A model generated the notes under the pieces. The model was not told the origin of the DNA and searched no databases. It worked only from the letters and a program-made list of their open reading frames with translations. A program made the position numbers and the translations under genes. Below are positions 60,288 through 64,000 of a stretch of 64,000 nt of DNA, one piece after another. Each line of letters opens with the position of its first letter. Positions within the stretch are counted from its first letter, which is position 1. The stretch covers positions 383,594,001-383,658,000 of the forward strand of contig OZ024741.1 of the NCBI GenBank assembly GCA_964016885.1, given 5' to 3'. This DNA comes from Eledone cirrhosa. Its lineage: Eukaryota.

Positions 60288-62329
60288 AACATACACACAC
60301 ACACACTCACACAAATACACATACTTTCACACCTGATTTCTCCAATTGCCGGATAACATCAAAACACAGACACACACATGCACATACACACACACACATA
60401 CACAAACACACATACACAAACACACACATACACACATATCTATACTTATAAAGTTGACGTTCGTATATATCTATGTATGTATGTATGTATGTATGTTAAC
60501 AACACAGCTTAACTTTCTTTTTAAATTCATTTCTACGGTAGCTCCTCCCCTTTTGCTACGAAGTCGGAAGGACAATGTGACACGGGAGGGTGTGTGGTAT
60601 CTTTGCAGTGGAGTGGTGGGGTCAGGTATACCTAGCCGAGCGCCAGCCGGACGGGCCAATATTATATATTTATATATATGTGTGTGTGTGTGTGGATGCA
60701 TATATATATATAATATGAATACATATATATATATGTATCCAATGGAGAGGGTGGCCAGAAAGCTAGTAACGAGATACTTAATATCCTATAATGTTATTTA
60801 CATTCATCGATCATCAATATTATGTTTTATATATTATATTTTCTGAATTTATCAAGCCAAATTTCCTTGGAAGTATCACGCTGATACTGTTGACAATAAA
60901 ATAGCTGCATTGTATTCTAGTCTATTTTACCTTACTTACTTCCTCCACTTTTCTTTCTGTAAAATTCGATTAAGGTTTGTCAATATAACAATTTACTTAC
61001 AATGAAGGGCTGTAGTAGCAACGGAATGGAAGGTTCATATATATAGAGAGAGGGTGTAATTGGCATAGAAAAGAAGTATAGCAGATAGTGAAGCTTGAGA
61101 GGCAATAGAAAAGTTTTTTTCAGTCATGTTGATAGCACGATTAACTTAGTAAAATATATATATAACAACGCATGTATTGGAAATTTAGAAGCAACTCTAA
61201 TATAATGCGAGGTGTGATAGTCAAGCCTTGTGAATAAGCTAACGGAATAAGGCTAGTGTTTCACCATCACTTATTTTATTAACCACATGTGAAGATGTAT
61301 AAAATGCAGTATTAGTGATATCGACAGAAAAAAGATTTATATGTAGAACATTCTCCTCTCGTACGTATTATTGTATATAACCATACTGACATCCACTTAC
61401 ACCATTTTCCCCCTACCGTACACAAATATTTATATTAGATATAAAAATGAAGATTCTATAGTTGAGAGATTCTTGACAAATATTGCCTTCAACATCTCAT
61501 TCAATTTGCAGACGTATTTATTTGATTCTTTATATATTAATAGTACTTTTGTATAATGTTTTCATTTATCAAAATATCAGAATATTAAAACTGTATCGCT
61601 TTAAAGAATTAGATTATTTCATCCTTTTACATTTTTGGCTCAGTGACACCTTATATTAATTTTATATACTTTATCTAGCTATTACCAATCGAAATATAGC
61701 ATTTATTAATCTCAAGTACAGTTTTCTGTTGTTATTAACACAGCTGTGAAAACATCAATTTTTATAAAAAGGGAACAGATATCAATGAATAGATACCGGC
61801 AAACACCTGTTGGGAATATTATTGCAAAAGTAACACCTCTCCAAGTTGCAGGGTTTATGAGGTTGATCTGAACGTCGCTCTCAGTACTGAAGTAAACATC
61901 AGCATGTTGAATATCTGTAGATCCAGAAATGTTTCTCAGTGTATTTCTTACTAGAGTTGGCGAATCAAAAGCTTCTCCAAACAATCAGGACTCATTGATC
62001 AAAATGTGAGTGCAATAAAGAAAGAAAAGGATTTTCGATCACTTGCTCTAAAGTTTACAATCGCTACAAGAATGAAGCATCAAACTCTGTGTGGTTGATG
62101 TTTAAAGAATGTGTAGATACGAGATATGTAAAATAACTCCATCGAAAATGAATCTGCTCTTATTAACCTTCCTCTAAATTAGATTCCTTGACCATTGTTT
62201 GACTCAAAACGTGTTATTGTGTTTGGGGATTTTAGGATCATTTGTAAGTGAGCATATATTTCGACAAAATAGACACCAGTTCATACTTCACTAGTGCTTA
62301 TTTCATCAAAACAAGATTTATGTAAGTAA

Positions 62330-62595
62330 CGGTAATCTCTAGTACCTCTCTTTCTTGCTTCTCTATTCCCCTGATCTGCGCAAGGGAACCATTATATTTT
62401 AGGGTTAGTCGATTGTATCGACCATAGTACTTGACTTGTACTTCATCTATTGACCCTCTGAGAAGGAAAGACAAAGTTGGGGCAAATGAAAGACAGTTGG
62501 GTCAATGAGAGGCAAATTTGAACTTAGAAAGCAAAAAGCTGTAACAAATAACGTAAATTATTTGTCCGACGTTCTAATGATTCAGTCAATCAACC
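62330..62595 (-). mobile_element. Highly degenerate SINE family A copy
   Basis: gtcgattgtatcgacc..agtacttgact.gtactt..tattgaccc...atttgaactt...gtccgacg. Confidence 0.55.
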
Positions 62596-64000
62596 GTAAA
62601 GTATAATGATAATAACGCATGCATAGAGGGATGGGTATAGACATTATGTTTTGTAATCGAAATTAAATTATATTACTCAGTAAGACAAGTGCTGTTTTCT
62701 AATAAGAAATGAAGTGAACACAGAAAGTAATAATAGTAACAAAATCTGTTTCTGTAATTTAGTAACATAGAACTGTTATATAGAAAAACGGCAAAGGAAT
62801 AAGTAAAGTTAACGTCTTCTACACATGTTTTCTGTTCACAGTACAAATCAGAGAGACTAAAATAGATCTAAACTAATTAACTTCAAGACACTTTGTAAGA
62901 ACAATGAAATGGAAAGTCGAAATTTTCAAAGACAGTTACCTTTGAAGTAGAAAGTCAATAAATTATCATACAGAAGTATTAATCATTATGTTGGGCCCTT
63001 TAACACTGACATCTTGCACTGCACCTGGCTTTCTCTTTAATGGTCACTATTCAAAGTTATATATTTCACCCATATATAGTTATTGTGTTTGCTAGTGAAC
63101 AGTTTTTCACCTGCACTAATATCAGAGAAACGGCGAGCATATTTCCGGATTTTAATGTGTATACGACAGATCTCGGAGCTGAAGGGAATTTATCACAAGG
63201 AAATAATACATGTGTTGAAACAGATCAAGATGAACTAAACATTCATAAATACCTGGTTTTATTCATCAAACAACTGCCGACATTTACGGATTTTATAAAG
63301 ATCTAGAATGGGAAATTAGATCTAGATTTACTTCGAAGAGTTCAACAGGGTCGGGAGCGAGAATATGATTGTAGTTTTATTAGTTGTTGTAGTTTTCGCT
63401 AATGTATGGTTGCACTTAACCTTAACATACGAATAACATAGACATTCTCACATACAAATACACACGCGCGCCTACACTAACCCGCATATATACATACATT
63501 CAGTGAGTCATCAGCGGAAATACCAAAGCCTTATTGTAGAAATCACAAATATAATACTAATATAATTCCAAAATTTAATCAAATAGTTAAAACAGGAGAA
63601 AAATCAAAAGTTGTTTGTATTTTATTTTATATTTCTATTATGTTTCTAATAACCAGTCGGAATTATATTTGTGCGAAGTGAAAGTTATCAAATAAATTAA
63701 ATGTTCTGAAAGGTTCCTGCAAACATTTATGATAATCAATCGAGTCTATAGTTCCCAATCCAAAGAATGAGATTTAGTATGTAACTGAAAGTATGCTTTT
63801 GTGACTGATACCTTAAATGCCAGATAACTTGTAGCGTTTTGGGTTTTTTTTTAATTAATGAAAAGGGGCGTGTTTACATTGTGTAGGATCAGTGAAGTCT
63901 CAGTTTCGATCTACTGCGTAGCAATATGGGTTAGTGTCTTCCACAATAGACACAGGTGGACCGAAACCTTCAAAGTGAAATTAAGCGTGTAAACCTGTCG

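Overview
AT-rich, repeat-saturated animal genomic DNA. The (TA)n/(CA)n density and the two SINE families are most consistent with a cephalopod (Octopus-like) intron or intergenic region; this is inference. No host gene is confidently supported, and most ORF-track entries are microsatellite artefacts. The window holds decayed Penelope-like elements (PLEs) of two types (Neptune-like and Naiad-like RT/GIY-YIG), mariner and hAT relics, CR1 and I-clade LINE fragments, a non-autonomous Helitron and about 10 SINEs. Main observation: much of the apparently unique DNA between (TA)n tracts consists of PLE 3' ends from several sequence-unrelated families sharing one architecture. (i) A minimal type-I hammerhead ribozyme, usually with a palindromic stem III: about 20 complete or degenerate copies plus several half-copies, including compensatory U3:A8 cores. 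(ii) Insertion as an asymmetric inverted repeat between (TA)n tracts, where the short arm stops at a family-fixed internal site and the long arm carries an extra tail. (iii) A covarying bulged hairpin (RCTC-stem-loop-stem-2 nt bulge-GAGY) at the start of that tail in about 10 otherwise dissimilar tails. PLE-hammerhead association and inverted pLTRs are known; the tail hairpin and its fixed position beside the short-arm end are the candidate undescribed part. All alignments, foldings and coordinates were read by eye and may be off by a few bases.
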